Assembly (NCBI GenBank): GCA_030265395.1
Contig: JARFYF010000056.1
Span: 14,384,918-14,448,917, forward strand
From: Rhina ancylostomus
Lineage: Eukaryota
Reading direction: 5' to 3'
DNA: 64,000 nucleotides
This document shows positions 13,901 to 26,800 of this stretch, one piece after another; the stretch's first letter is position 1; each line of letters starts with the position of its first letter. A program made the position numbers and the translations under genes. The notes below the pieces were generated by a model. That model did no database searches. It was not told the DNA's origin and worked only from the letters and a program-made list of their open reading frames with translations.

Positions 13901-16900
13901 GTACAGAGAAATTCAAGTGTTAACATAGTACCATTTTTCATATCCTTACCAATATGAGACTCATGGAATTCTGAACTATATGAAAATTATTAAGACTCAA
14001 GAAGTTATGATCTGTAAGCAGTTTTTGTTAGGAATAAGGCTTGAATTTTTAATGATATTTATTTCAATAACCTCGTCATATTGCGATTGTACGGAAGGCA
14101 GTTAAAACCAACTGGAGTTTAAAGGACAAAGGATAATTAAATGCAATTCAACATCAATTATGAAAATTAAACACAGCCCTTATTTTAACATACACTTTGA
14201 TTTTGCAATTAAATAGAGAATCTCATGAGAAGTTGTGATGCAAAAGTAGTAGATCTGCAATAAAGGCCAACGTGGATGCAAAACTGAGCTGCTGTAGTGT
14301 TGCCACTGGTCGGAGGGTATAATTGCTGGTGGGAAGTTTACACATACAATTTCCATCATAACTAAGGATGTAGTAATTACTAATGGGGGAAAAAGCTGAA
14401 AATACATTGTTCTATATTTTTAAAAAAAAGCACGGAAAGAGCATGTGGGAAATGGGACTTTTCACAGAAAAGAAATGAAAAGACAAGGGTACAGTTCACA
14501 GGAAAGAGTCTTGAACACCTTTTTGCGACTTGTGACTACAGAATATATTTCTGCAATTTAGGTAACTTACATCTGCAAGAATTCTACAGTGAAACTATCC
14601 ATAACTATCCATATATTTGTGAATATAGTTCCATTTTATCAAAAGGACTTCCGTACATACATAAATTAAAAAAAATTAAAATGTGAGGTTTATAAATAAA
14701 TTAGAATCAGAGAACTGTCAAAGGTGGTCATTCAGCTCATTAAGTTTGTGCTAGCTCCCTGTAGAGCAATACAATCAATCAGTCTCATTCCCCCATTCTT
14801 TCTCTGTAGCTCAGCAATTTATTTCAACCTGAAATATTGGCTCTGTTCCTCTTTCCACACCTTCCAAGCATTTTCAGCATTTGGACTTCTTGGATTTTTA
14901 AATTTTCCATGCCTATCCAATTCCCTTTTGACTGTTTCTATACCTTAACAGATTTAAAAAACAATGCTGACATCTGTTAAGACACCTGGGGGAACGATGT
15001 GGATGATGGAGAGTTAGGCGAGGGGTACGTNNNNNNNNNNNNNNNNNNNNNNNNNNNNNNNNNNNNNNNNNNNNNNNNNNNNNNNNNNNNNNNNNNNNNN
15101 NNNNNNNNNNNNNNNNNNNNNNNNNNNNNNACGCTCCTCCATTGGATTAGTCACCATGAATTAAGCAAAGTGTTTGTTAACCAGAAGTCCATCAACAGCT
15201 ATAACTTTCTGTAGTGAGTTTAACAGATAATTAACATGTAAATTTTTAAAAATAATGAGGAGACTGTGTTCAGAGTCCTTGCTTGTGACACCATCAAATC
15301 TGTCTTCTCACTCACAACAGTGACCTATAGTGTGTTCTTTATAACCTCAGGATGCATTGGCCAATTTGTGTATTAGGAAGAACACACACCATGAGCTCTT
15401 GGTTCTTTTTGAAAGATTTGGCCAATTGTGTTCCTTCCACCTCCTCTCCCTTCCACCATCTCAAGAGCACAGTGACAGTGCGGCCTCTTCTTCCATTCCA
15501 GAATCTCAATCTCACTGGTTTTTCCAAAATCTTGAAGAAGTATGACAAAATGTTCAATGCATCCAAAGGTGCAGGCTGGCAGGCGACTCAGGTGGAGAGC
15601 TCGACAGTGTACACCAGCAAAAAGATAGACCAGCTAATAAGTGAGGTGGAGGTAAGTGCGGACGGACTGAATGGGGACCCTTCTCATGTGTTCAGAGGCC
15701 AGCATTATACCCCTCTTCAGATCTGAGTTCTACCTTCACCATCTCTCTCCAGGGCTTTGGGAAATGAGTCACAGTCACACAATAGCCTGGGTTTATGATA
15801 GGCTGTTGCAGGCTTTTACAGGAATGAAGTCACCCTTGTGCTTGTGGCTATACCACTGGGAGGTATGATGGGTTCCCAGTACACACTGCAGGATGAGACC
15901 TGCCAAAAAACTCCTTTATAAGATAAGACGATAAGATTTCTTTAGTAGTCACATGTACACTGAATCTTTTGCGTAGAGTGTTCTGAGGGCAGCCCGCAAG
16001 TGTCGCCACACTCTGGCACCAACATAGTATGCCCACAACTTCCTAACCCGTACGTCTTTGGAATGTGGGAGGAAACCGGAGCACCCGGAGGAAACNNNNN
16101 NNNNNNNNNNNNNNNNNNNNNNNNNNNNNNNNNNNNNNNNNNNNNNNNNNNNNNNNNNNNNNNNNNNNNNNNNNNNNNNNNNNNNNNNNNNNNNNTGTGG
16201 GAGGAAACCGGAGCACCCGGAGGAAACCCACGCAGACACACGGGGAGAACATACAAACTCCTTACAGACAGCAGTGAGAACTGAACCCAGGTAGCTGGCA
16301 CTGTAATAGCGTTATGCTAACCGCTACGCTACCGTGCCGAGTGTGTGTCTCCAGGTGTTGGCTGGCTGTTCAGACCTGCTGCCTGTGGGCTGGAATGGGT
16401 GGTGATTTATCCAATTGTTTAAGATCGGAAATAGATTTAGAAAGATAGGAACTTTCACAAAGACTGAAAGTCACAGGCCGAGGCTGAGGTATTGGCAGAC
16501 AATGTGGCATTTACACTGAGTGAAGCACACAGAGAGAGGGGGAGAGGTATTTGTAGAGACTGCAGTATGCAAGCAGAGCGAGAGGGATATTTACATAGAG
16601 TGTACTGAGAGGGTATTTACAGAGACTGTGATATACAGAGGAGTATTTACAGGATACAACAGAAGGCAGGAAGTATATGCAGAGAATGCAGTGTACAGTC
16701 AGAGCACAATAAACAAACAGAGTGAAAGGGATATTTACAAAGACTGTGGTCTAGAGGCAGAGGGATGGGGTTATCTATAGAGAGACATTAATAAGGCACA
16801 TTGAGTAGAGTGCTGCTTGGAATAAGTGCTGGAATTCCTGTTAGAATAAGTGTTGCTTCATCCAATGGTACAGGACTGTGAGAAAGTGGGAGGAGTTTTT

Positions 16901-18310
16901 CCAAAAACTGCAAGGCATGTCCGGGGAACGAGGGTAATAGCAGCCACAATGAGATCCTTACAGATCACTGCATACAGATGGACATACAGCAGGGTAGTTC
17001 AAGAAACTGCAGCATACAGGAAGAGGTTCAAGGGTACTTACAGAGACAAGAGGTACTAACCAAGACTACAAGATACCAGGGAGTGAGGTGGTTATTTACA
17101 GAGAATGCCGTGGTGTACAGGCAGAGACTGTGAGGTGTATACAGAGATTGCAATATTCAGGCTGAGAGAAAGGGCATTTACAGAAACTACTAAACATAGG
17201 CAGACACATTGAGGTGATTAGAGACTGCTGGAACAAGAGGTGCTTATCCAATAGCACTAGACTGTAAGAAAACATTTGCAGAGGGAAAAGCTTTTACAAA
17301 GATTGCAGAATGCACTCTACTCAGAGGGTGGTGACACACAGTGAGGTACTTTCAGAGACCATGGCATTCAGACACGCTGAGACAGTTACGGAGTGTAGCA
17401 TACAAGCAGAAGGGGAGGGGTCTTTATAGAAATCATAGGATATAGGTGGATACTACAGGGTATTTACAGAGTGCACTGTACAAGCAAGGGGGGATATATT
17501 TACTGAGTGCATTATACAATCAGAGGCAGAAGGGTATTTATGGATACAGTAATGCACAGGTAGAGGGAGAGTATTTACAGAATGCATAGTGGGGCAGAAA
17601 TGCAGGTTATTTATGGATAATTTGATCAATGTCATGCAAAGGCAAAATTCCTCCTGAATGTGGACAACAAACCTCTCTATAATTTTATGGCTTGTGAAAA
17701 AACCAAGAGGCAGCTATCCATGGGGAGCAGGAGGAACCAACTGCAGACAGAGATACTGGCAAATGGCACATCAGTTGTGGGAATTATTCATGCACACTGA
17801 ATGCTCCACAAAACGTAACAGTAAAAAGCACAGCTAGTATCTTTGCCAGAAACAGAACCATTGAGTTCCAATGCCATAATCCTGGCCATAAACCAGCATC
17901 AAAAATCACAGATACAACACAGGTAGTGATGACAATACTTGCAACGAAAGCAAAGAAAAATTCATTATACTTAAGGTGCATAATTGTGCCACACAGTCAC
18001 TCTACACCAATCAGCTGGAAGGAGGAGACAGAGCCCGGGCAATGAAAAGGCTTCGAGTTCCACCCCTAGGGATAGCACAGGTTGGTCAACTTCTAATCCA
18101 TCGATGTGTTGGAACAAATGCATACACACGTGAGTGAGTGAGTGAGTGAGTGTACACATTTGTGTAAATTAATAACAGTAAATGTATGTGTTTTTGCACA
18201 TGTGTATTACTGACAGTGCAATATCAGAGGGCACTGCTTATTTAAAGATTGGCAAATGAAGTTTGTGTCTTACATGTATGTGTGCCAGTGACTGTGTGTG
18301 TGAGTGAGTG

Positions 18311-18383
<73 letters not shown>

Positions 18384-20783
18384 TCTCTCAAGAAGGAGTA
18401 CAGTTAGAGTGGGTATGTTCGAGTAACAGAACACCAGCTGCTCCCAAATCATTGTGTAGATTCTGTCCATCCAGACAATGGATATGATCTTCACCATGTG
18501 ACCACTCCAAAAAGGTGCAGGGACCAACACCACTAACTATACCTGGCCTTTTTTTGACCTTACTCAAGCTTTTGACTCAGTCAGGAGGGATAGTGAAACA
18601 CCCTCCTCGAGCTTGTTTCCAAATTATTCCTCTATGATGACATACATGCCGTGATATGAAGCAATGAGTCTCCAGATCTGAATGGAGACCGTTGTCCAAC
18701 AGGCTGTGTCATTGCTTCAACAATTTTCTCAATCCATCTCACTGCAATGTTGCATCTCACCTCCACCATTCGCATGGGAATCGAACTAATTTTCAGAACA
18801 GATGGGAATCTAACATAAAACATTGAACAAAGAACACAGAACAGTACAGCACAGGAACAGACCCTTCAGCCCACAATGTCTGCACCAACCACAATGCTGA
18901 ATCTCTTCTGCCTGTACATGATCCCTATCCCTCCATTTCCTGCATGTTCATGTGTCTATCAAACAGCCTCTTAAATGCCACCGTTGTATCTGCTTCCACC
19001 ACTCCCCGGGCAGTCTGTTCCAGGTACCTACCTCTGTGTAAAAAAACTTGCCCCACACATCTCCTTTAAATATTCCCCCTCTCATGTTAAATTCATGTCC
19101 TCTAGTACTTAATATTTCTACCCTGGAAAAAAGATTCCGAATGTCTACCCTAGCTACACCTCTTATAATCTTCCATCAGGTCTCCCCTCAGCCTCCGATG
19201 CTCCAGAGAAAACAACTCAAATTTCTCCAATCTCTCCTTATAGCTCATGCCCTCTCATCCAGGCAACAACCTGGTAAACCTCTTCTGCACCCTTTCCAAA
19301 GCCTCCGCGTCCTTCCTCTATGGGGCAAACAGAATGACATACAATGCTCCAAGTGCAGAGTAACCAAAGTTTTATATGGCTGCAACATGACTTCCTGACA
19401 CTTATACTCAATGTAATCTGTCCAATTAATGGTTGTCACAGACCAGAATGAAAGTTAGTTGAGCCACAATGTGCAGAGTTCCCTTGTGTTTGGACACACT
19501 GGAGGCTGAGCCCCAAGCCATCATTGAATCGTTCATTGAAGTATATGAAAAATGAGCCAACACTGAACATCCGCAAGACAACAGGTCCTCTACCAACCTG
19601 CCCCTACTCCACCACACTGTGTCCAGAGAACAAAGGTTCATGATGAAAACACGGACCACATTTCATATCTCAGGAGCACCTTGGGACTTGGAATATTGTG
19701 TGCCATTCTGGTTGCCCCATTACAGGAACGATGTGGAGGCTTTGGAAAGGGTGCAGAAGAAGTTTACCAGGTTGTCGCCTGGATTAGATGGCATGTGCTA
19801 TAAGGAGAGGTTGGAGAAATTTGGATTGTTTTCTCTGGAGCATCGGAGGCTGAGGGGAGACCTGATAGAAGGTTATAAAATTATAGGAGGTGTAGCTAAG
19901 GTAGACATACAGAATCTTTTTCCCAGGGTAGAAATATTAAGTACTAGAAGACATGAATTTAATGTGAGAGGGGGAAGTTTAAAGGAGGTGTGCTGGGCAA
20001 GTTTTTTTACACAGAGTGGTCGGTGCCTGGAACGGACTGCCAGGGGAGTCACAGAAATCATCATGTCTTCAATGCTCCAGTACAGCCTTTGATCAGTTGA
20101 GGAGAAGGGTATTTGAAGATCAGGACCTCAGACCTGCATAAAGCACCATGTCGTAGTGACCCCTGTCCTATATACTTCTGAAATCTGGACTACCAACAAC
20201 AGACATCTCAAGGCACTGGAAAATACCACCAATGCAGTATCTGTAAAATCTCCAAGTTCACTGGAAAGATAAGTAAACCAAAGTCAGTCTCCTCTCCCGG
20301 GCCATCATCTCTAGCACTGAGGCGTCTGTGACTCTCAGACAACTACATTGGACATTCCAACACCACACTCCCAAAACAGACACTCTATTCAAGGCTCTGT
20401 TATGGGAAGAGATTGCCAGGTGGAAGGGGGAAGAGATTCAAGATGTGCTCAAAGCTTCCCCAAGACTCCTGGAACCTCTGGCCCATGACTACTCAAAATG
20501 GAGAAGGAACTTCTGGGATTGTATTGAGAAGCTCAGGGCCATGCATCAGGAGCACAAAGAAGCCCTGTGTAAACAGTGGAAGCACTGCACCATCTCACAT
20601 GCTACCCGCCTGCACATCCTGCCCCTGCTGTGGAAGAGTCCACCACATCAGCCTGACAAAGCATGTCAAAACCCATCAAAGCTGAATGGAAGAAGTCATC
20701 CTCAATCTTGAGAAACTGCCAAAGAAGATGAGATCAGTGTCTGTGTATGTTATTGTGTGTGTTAGTGTGGCAATGGAGTGTTT

Positions 20784-20838
<55 letters not shown>

Positions 20839-23800
20839 GCAGGAAGACATGATGAGTGGATGATAAAGAGTTATGCCCAAAGCTTGCTATAAATGGCTGA
20901 AACACTGGTCCCAATCTCCCTGGGTAATGCCTTGCATTGTATCCCCTCAGTCTGCCCCGGTGTGGACAACCTTTCGTGTGGGAGTGCAGTGTGGACTCAT
21001 TATGGCACTCTCAGTACTGATAATCATCAAAGGTAAGCACTCAGCACCAACCATCCGGTAAAGGAGCATGGTCTCATTGTGTATTCCAGAGATATTTGTA
21101 AACAACACTACTGACAGGCTAACATGAATCATTCAATGGTGTGTGCAGATCCAGTGACCAGAACAGACGGGAGGCTCCAGTAACACAGATCAGCATAACT
21201 CTGACTGCCAGAAGAGTAATGAAGAAAGAGAGAGAGAGATGTTCACAGGCCCAATTTTTAACAGAGTTACCTCGTTTTCCCTAGATCCGCAGATAATGTT
21301 TGCTGGATCTAGACCAACAGTTCAGAAAGGGAGGATGCTCAGTCTTTAGCTTTCTCTGGAGTTCTCTGCAGAAGTACTTTCACTCGGTTAAATATTTATA
21401 GGAAAAGAGGCATGGAATACCTTCCAGTCAACTTGGTTGTTTTTCCTCATCACTTGCTTCAGGCAGTAATTGAAGAAGCACAGCCACTCTCACGGCCTAT
21501 TACAGAGCTTGCTGACGTGAGGTGGCTTCCTGTAGGTTTCATCAAATGACCTCGGCAATGACCCACCCAACTGACCTCCCACTGGTTGGTCATTATGCCC
21601 ATATTCATACACAAGCCACTGCTAACTAGACGCCTCCCAGCCAATCAGAAAATGAATAGATGGATCACATGGGCGAGCCAATGCCTATTGGCCATTTCAG
21701 GTGGGCATTAGTGCACAGGGTTGCCAACCCTCCATCGTTGACATGTCGTCTTCGGGAAGTGAAGACTGGTCTCCTTGGCAGGAATGCACCCAGTTCTGGG
21801 AGGAAAGTGAGGCAGAGCTTTTTATAAAAAAGCTGGGTCATTTTCTTTGATCGTGTGTTTATTAGTTGAAAATATGTTGGAAATGGAAGAAAAAAGGCTG
21901 CTTAACTGGTCGGGATGCTGGATGCGTGATGTCATGTGGCGTCATGTGATCAACCTCCAGTAGCTGGCAACCATACTGCAGTATACATCATTAATAATTA
22001 GAATTTTACCCAAAGACAGAGGTTAAAACAACCCAGAAGCAAAATACTGCAGATGCTAGAAATATGAAATAAGACAGAAGATGCTGGAAGGGCTCAGGTC
22101 AGACCTCAGATGTTAAATGTTTCCCTCCTCGCAGATGCGTCTGACCTGCTGAATATTTCCAGAATTTTCTGTTTTACGTTCGAGAAAACTACCACTAGCA
22201 TCCTAACTACAACAGTGGTTATCGTGGCACAAGTTGTTACACCAAAATCTGGCTTCAGTGTCCACAAAGTGAGAAAGGTTTATATAGAACTTCTAGCACG
22301 GAGTCAGGAGGAATTAAGCTCTGCCTGAGTTTATGTTCTGTCTGACTGTCTTTACACCTTACTTCACCTAAACCAGTAACAGATCTTTTCATTCAAATGC
22401 AAAGTATTGCAGATGTTGGAAATCTCAAATCAGAAAGTTCTGGAAATACTCACTGTCGGGCAACATCTGTGAAGAGAGAAGTAGAGTTTCAGGTCAACAA
22501 CTTTCTTAAGAACTCAATATATCCTCCCAATCCTTTCTCATGTGTATCTAACTTCCGCTCAATGCATCCATGGTATTTGCCTTTGCCTATGGTTCAAGAC
22601 TCTGACCGGTCTCCAGGCATAGAATTATCTCCCAGATTTAACACTCTATTAATGTAGAGCATCTCATTTTTAAAATCCACAAAGAGCGACAGTCTCCTCT
22701 AAACCAGTCCTTTCAAACTTGGTAATTTTAAAGACATCTCAGTGTCTCCTTTCCAGAAAATAGGACCCAGCCTGTTCAGTCTTTCCCAATAGCCATAGCT
22801 GAGCATTTTTGCTAATGTCCCTGGATATCTTTTTACACCTTCTACCCTGCTTCTACATCCTTTTGTTTGGCCAGAACTTCCCCAGGTGGAGTGTTGTTTA
22901 ATCAGTATTTATTATTATCATTATGTGCCTTCAGCTAAATGACGGTTCTGTTGCCACAACCACCTGATCAAAGTGGTATGACATTGCTTTTTTTTTCTAG
23001 GTATCTACGTATCCCAGAAAGCCAGTGTGTGGCCCCTCCTGAGGGCTTACAGAGGGGGCTTCATTTTGATTGAGTTTGTCTTCCTGTTGGGAATTAATAT
23101 CTATGGCTGGAGAAAGGCAGGAGTGAACCATTGTTTGATCTTTGAGCTTGATCCCAGGAACCACCTCTCCCATCAGGAATTGTTTGAGGTGAGTCTGATG
23201 GAACCTCGCTCCTAAATGACAGTGAAAGTGGCAGCCTGACCAAGTTCAAGGCATGGAGAAAGCCTGAGTCAGGGGAGGGGTGGCAGGAGTCAGGTCGAGG
23301 TGTAGCTGGAGGGAGGAGATAAAGTTGATGAATAGTGTACAAAATATTAAGAGGAATAGATAGAGCAGACATCCAGCGCCTCTTTCCCAGGGCACCAATG
23401 CTCATTGCAAGAGGGCATGGCTTTAAAGTAATTGGTGGGAAGTTCAAGGGAGATATCAGAGGAAGGTTTTTTACCCAGAGAGTGNNNNNNNNNNNNNNNN
23501 NNNNNNNNNNNNNNNNNNNNNNNNNNNNNNNNNNNNNNNNNNNNNNNNNNNNNNNNNNNNNNNNNNNNNNNNNGATAGTCTTAGGCGAGGTTTAAAGGTC
23601 GGCACAACATTGTGGGCTGAAGGGCCTGTATTGTGTTGTACTGTTCTATGTTCTAAAACTCAAAATTAAGCTCAGGTCAGAAGCTGCTTTGACAACCTGC
23701 CCAATGTTAGTTCCCAGTGAAACTTCAGAGTGAGAGGTGGTGCATTATTCCCTTTATTGGTGTGGAAATGGTTATATTACAGGACTAATTAGCCAGAGAA

Positions 23801-26800
23801 ACAGAAACATTTATTGCACTATTCGGACCAATACGTCTATGCTGGATACAAGATTGAATCCCATGAGACAGCTTGAGAATGTGAGTTCAGTGTTTCAGAA
23901 ATTGCAGTCAGAAATAACAATTTGATATCAGTGAAAGGGACCATGGATTTATTGGGCTGTTGTTAAGGGAAGGAGGTTCGCTCTCTGTAGCTGGTCTGGA
24001 GTGAACGTGGCTCCAGTTCCACACAGTATGGTGGGCCATTAACTACTCTGAAGTTACCCAGCAAACTGCTGATTTGTATCAACTGAGAAGGAGCTTAAAG
24101 AACAAAATCTACATCCCACAAAAGGATTTGAAAGTACATTTTTCCCTAGGGTTTATTGGCATGGAGAACTCTAATTCTGTCTGTGTTTCCTGTTGGGCCC
24201 CAACATTGATAGCTTCTCACCATCTGTCTTTCAGCTGGCGGGTTTCCTGGGAGTCCTCTGGTGCCTAAGTGTACTTGCCTGCCTTTTCAGTGCTTATATC
24301 CACACTCCAATGCCAATCAGTCCCCTGGTGCTGTACGGATTTATGGTGCTACTTCTCCTGAACCCAACCAAAACCTTCTACTACAAGTCCCGGGTCTGGT
24401 TATTAAAAGTCCTGGTAAGTACACAGCAGAGGTGGCTGGTCAAGGAAAGACATGTATTTGCATATTGCTTTTGATGGCCTCAGACCAACTCAATGCCCTT
24501 CCCAGCCAATGAAGTACTTCTGAATGTTGAAATGTGGGGAATATGGTATCTGGGTTGGAAAATCTCCTATTGTCCAGCTCCCTGGATAAGAACAATCCAC
24601 TCAACAATTGTAATGCTGACTTCCCTTTCTATCTGATAACTCGATCTTGAAACAACAATGGCCATCTTTAGGCCTGCAAGATCATCCTGATCTCATCATC
24701 TTGTTGCATGCAAGTGGCGATAGAACAGGTTACTTTGGATCTGGTAAAATGTAAAGAAACAGATGTCATAAATGATCTCAGAATAAAAGATCTCCTAGGA
24801 AGTAGCAATCACAGTCTGGTAGAATTTAACAGAGAGTGAGAAACTTGGGTCCAAAATGACTATGTTAAACTTAAATAAAGGTGATGAAAAATGAATGTAG
24901 TAGAGTTGGCTAAAGTTGACTGGGCACATGGATTAGCAAGTAAAAAAATACACAAGTATGGTAGATATTTGAGGAGGAAGTTGATGACATCCAACAAATT
25001 ATATTGAAACGAGGAACAAAGCTTCCTAGGGTGTGGGTGGTGAGGGGGGAGTACAAGCCATGGCTGACCAAGGAGGGTATTCAGCTGAAGAAGATATCAT
25101 GATAGCAAAAATTATTGATAGTCCTGAAAGTTGGGACGAGTTCAGAATCCAGCAGAGGAAGAGTAAAAATAATCAAGGGGGAAATAAATATGAGGGCAAA
25201 CTAGCAAGAAGTATAACAACGGACAACGGCTTCTCGAGGACTACAAACGATTTTGGACCCCCTATCCAGGGAAGTTATTGGAGGCAATTCAGAGGAAGTT
25301 CATTGGGATGGTCCTGTGTGTGGAGGGATTGTTCTATGGCTGGCTCTTTCCCCAGGGACCACCTTTTTATGTACCCTGAGCAGCTGGTGGAGGGTTGGCA
25401 GGTATGTGCCTGCTGCTGTTCTTACCAGGAATAATTAGGCATCAAGTCTGGAGCTATCTCCCCCTCCACCACACTTAGCAAGTAAAGGGGTCTGGGTTGT
25501 CAGGGTGAAGGAAACAGAGGGACTGATTTCTGGTGATTGGACACACTGTTCAGACTTTAATCATTCTCCTCTTCATTTTGTTACAAACAGTCCCGAGTAT
25601 TAACAGCCCCCTTCCATAAAGTTGGTTTTGCTGATTTCTGGCTGGCGGATCAACTCAACAGCATGGGACCAGTTTTCCTTGACCTCTGGTCCTTGATCTG
25701 CTTCTACACATTTGATGTGAACTGGGAGAATAACCAGGGTCTCCTGAGCCCGCCTGCAGGTGAGAAACCACATCAGAAACAAACGTCGTCAGTCAGCGAC
25801 ACCACATGCTATGACAACGTATTACTGACGTAGTAGTGAAGTACACAGTGTTGTAAAGACTCCCAACACATGGAGCTTTTCTCATTTGTTCTCTGGGGCT
25901 GGACAAACACAAGTGTTATTCCACCAATTCCCTGAACCATCATTGTCCTTGTCTAATATTGTCCAGTATGATACAAGTTAGTGAGTTCCTCAGTCATCCT
26001 GCATGATGACCGAGGGAGAATCGAAGGGTAGCTGAAGCAGGTCCAAGTTGGGATGTTGTGTGAAATGGAAAGGAACTTGGGAGACATGGACGTTCCCACC
26101 AATTAGATGATCTTGTCCTTAGAAATCACAAGGGAGGAATCTCTGACCCACTGCTCCAGATGGTGTACATTGCAACAGCATTGATTGAAGGCAGGAGTCA
26201 AGGTCTGATGGAAGGAGAACAGATCCAAGTCTAGAGTGCCTTGGCTCCTGCCATTCAGAGGAGTCATGAGTATTCCACTCCATTGCATTTCCAGTTTAAG
26301 CCTTATAGACAGCCATTAGTCTTAGCCATGGCGTTAATGTGGTTGGTCCAGTTGAGACTTAGGTCATGATCCCAGTAATGGTCATAGGACGTTAATGATG
26401 GGGACACAGTGAGTACAGGTCAGCATGGAAGTGGCTGGCCTTTTTTTTTGCTGCAGTGGTGTGGTACAAATATTACCACAGCCAATATGTTATCAAGCAC
26501 TGCTTCACACAGAATACTACAGCTTCTGGACATGGGGATAAAACAGAATGTGGAGATATTCAGAGAGTTAACATTTCAGGTCAATGACCTTTAATCAGAA
26601 CTTTAAAGAATTTCTGGATCAATTGTCCATTGACACTTATGATAAGCATCCTCCAGATGTTATTTACATTTTCCCATCTCACATTATTCCTTTTCTCTGA
26701 CACAGATAAATTCATAAGCAGTGGTAACTCCTATGGAGTGAACTGTTTTATCCAGTGTATTCCACCCTGGATCCGATTCACTCAGTGCCTCCGCCGATAC

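Larger units (their letters stand above)
18415..20725 (+). mobile_element. Degenerate RTE-clade LINE ORF2, interrupted by two CR1 insertions
   Basis: Remnants resembling [56 protein letters not shown] occur in three collinear segments (18415-18810, 19430-19680, 20052-20725). Confidence 0.7.

Noticed and set aside
13950-13970. 21-nt minus-strand AG...GTAAG micro-exon candidate upstream of the ARHGAP21 fragment
   Set aside because: The translation does not match the recalled penultimate ARHGAP21 exon and the pyrimidine tract is weak.
16505-17620. CRISPR-like repeat-spacer appearance
   Set aside because: Eukaryotic intron, degenerate non-identical units, and no cas genes.
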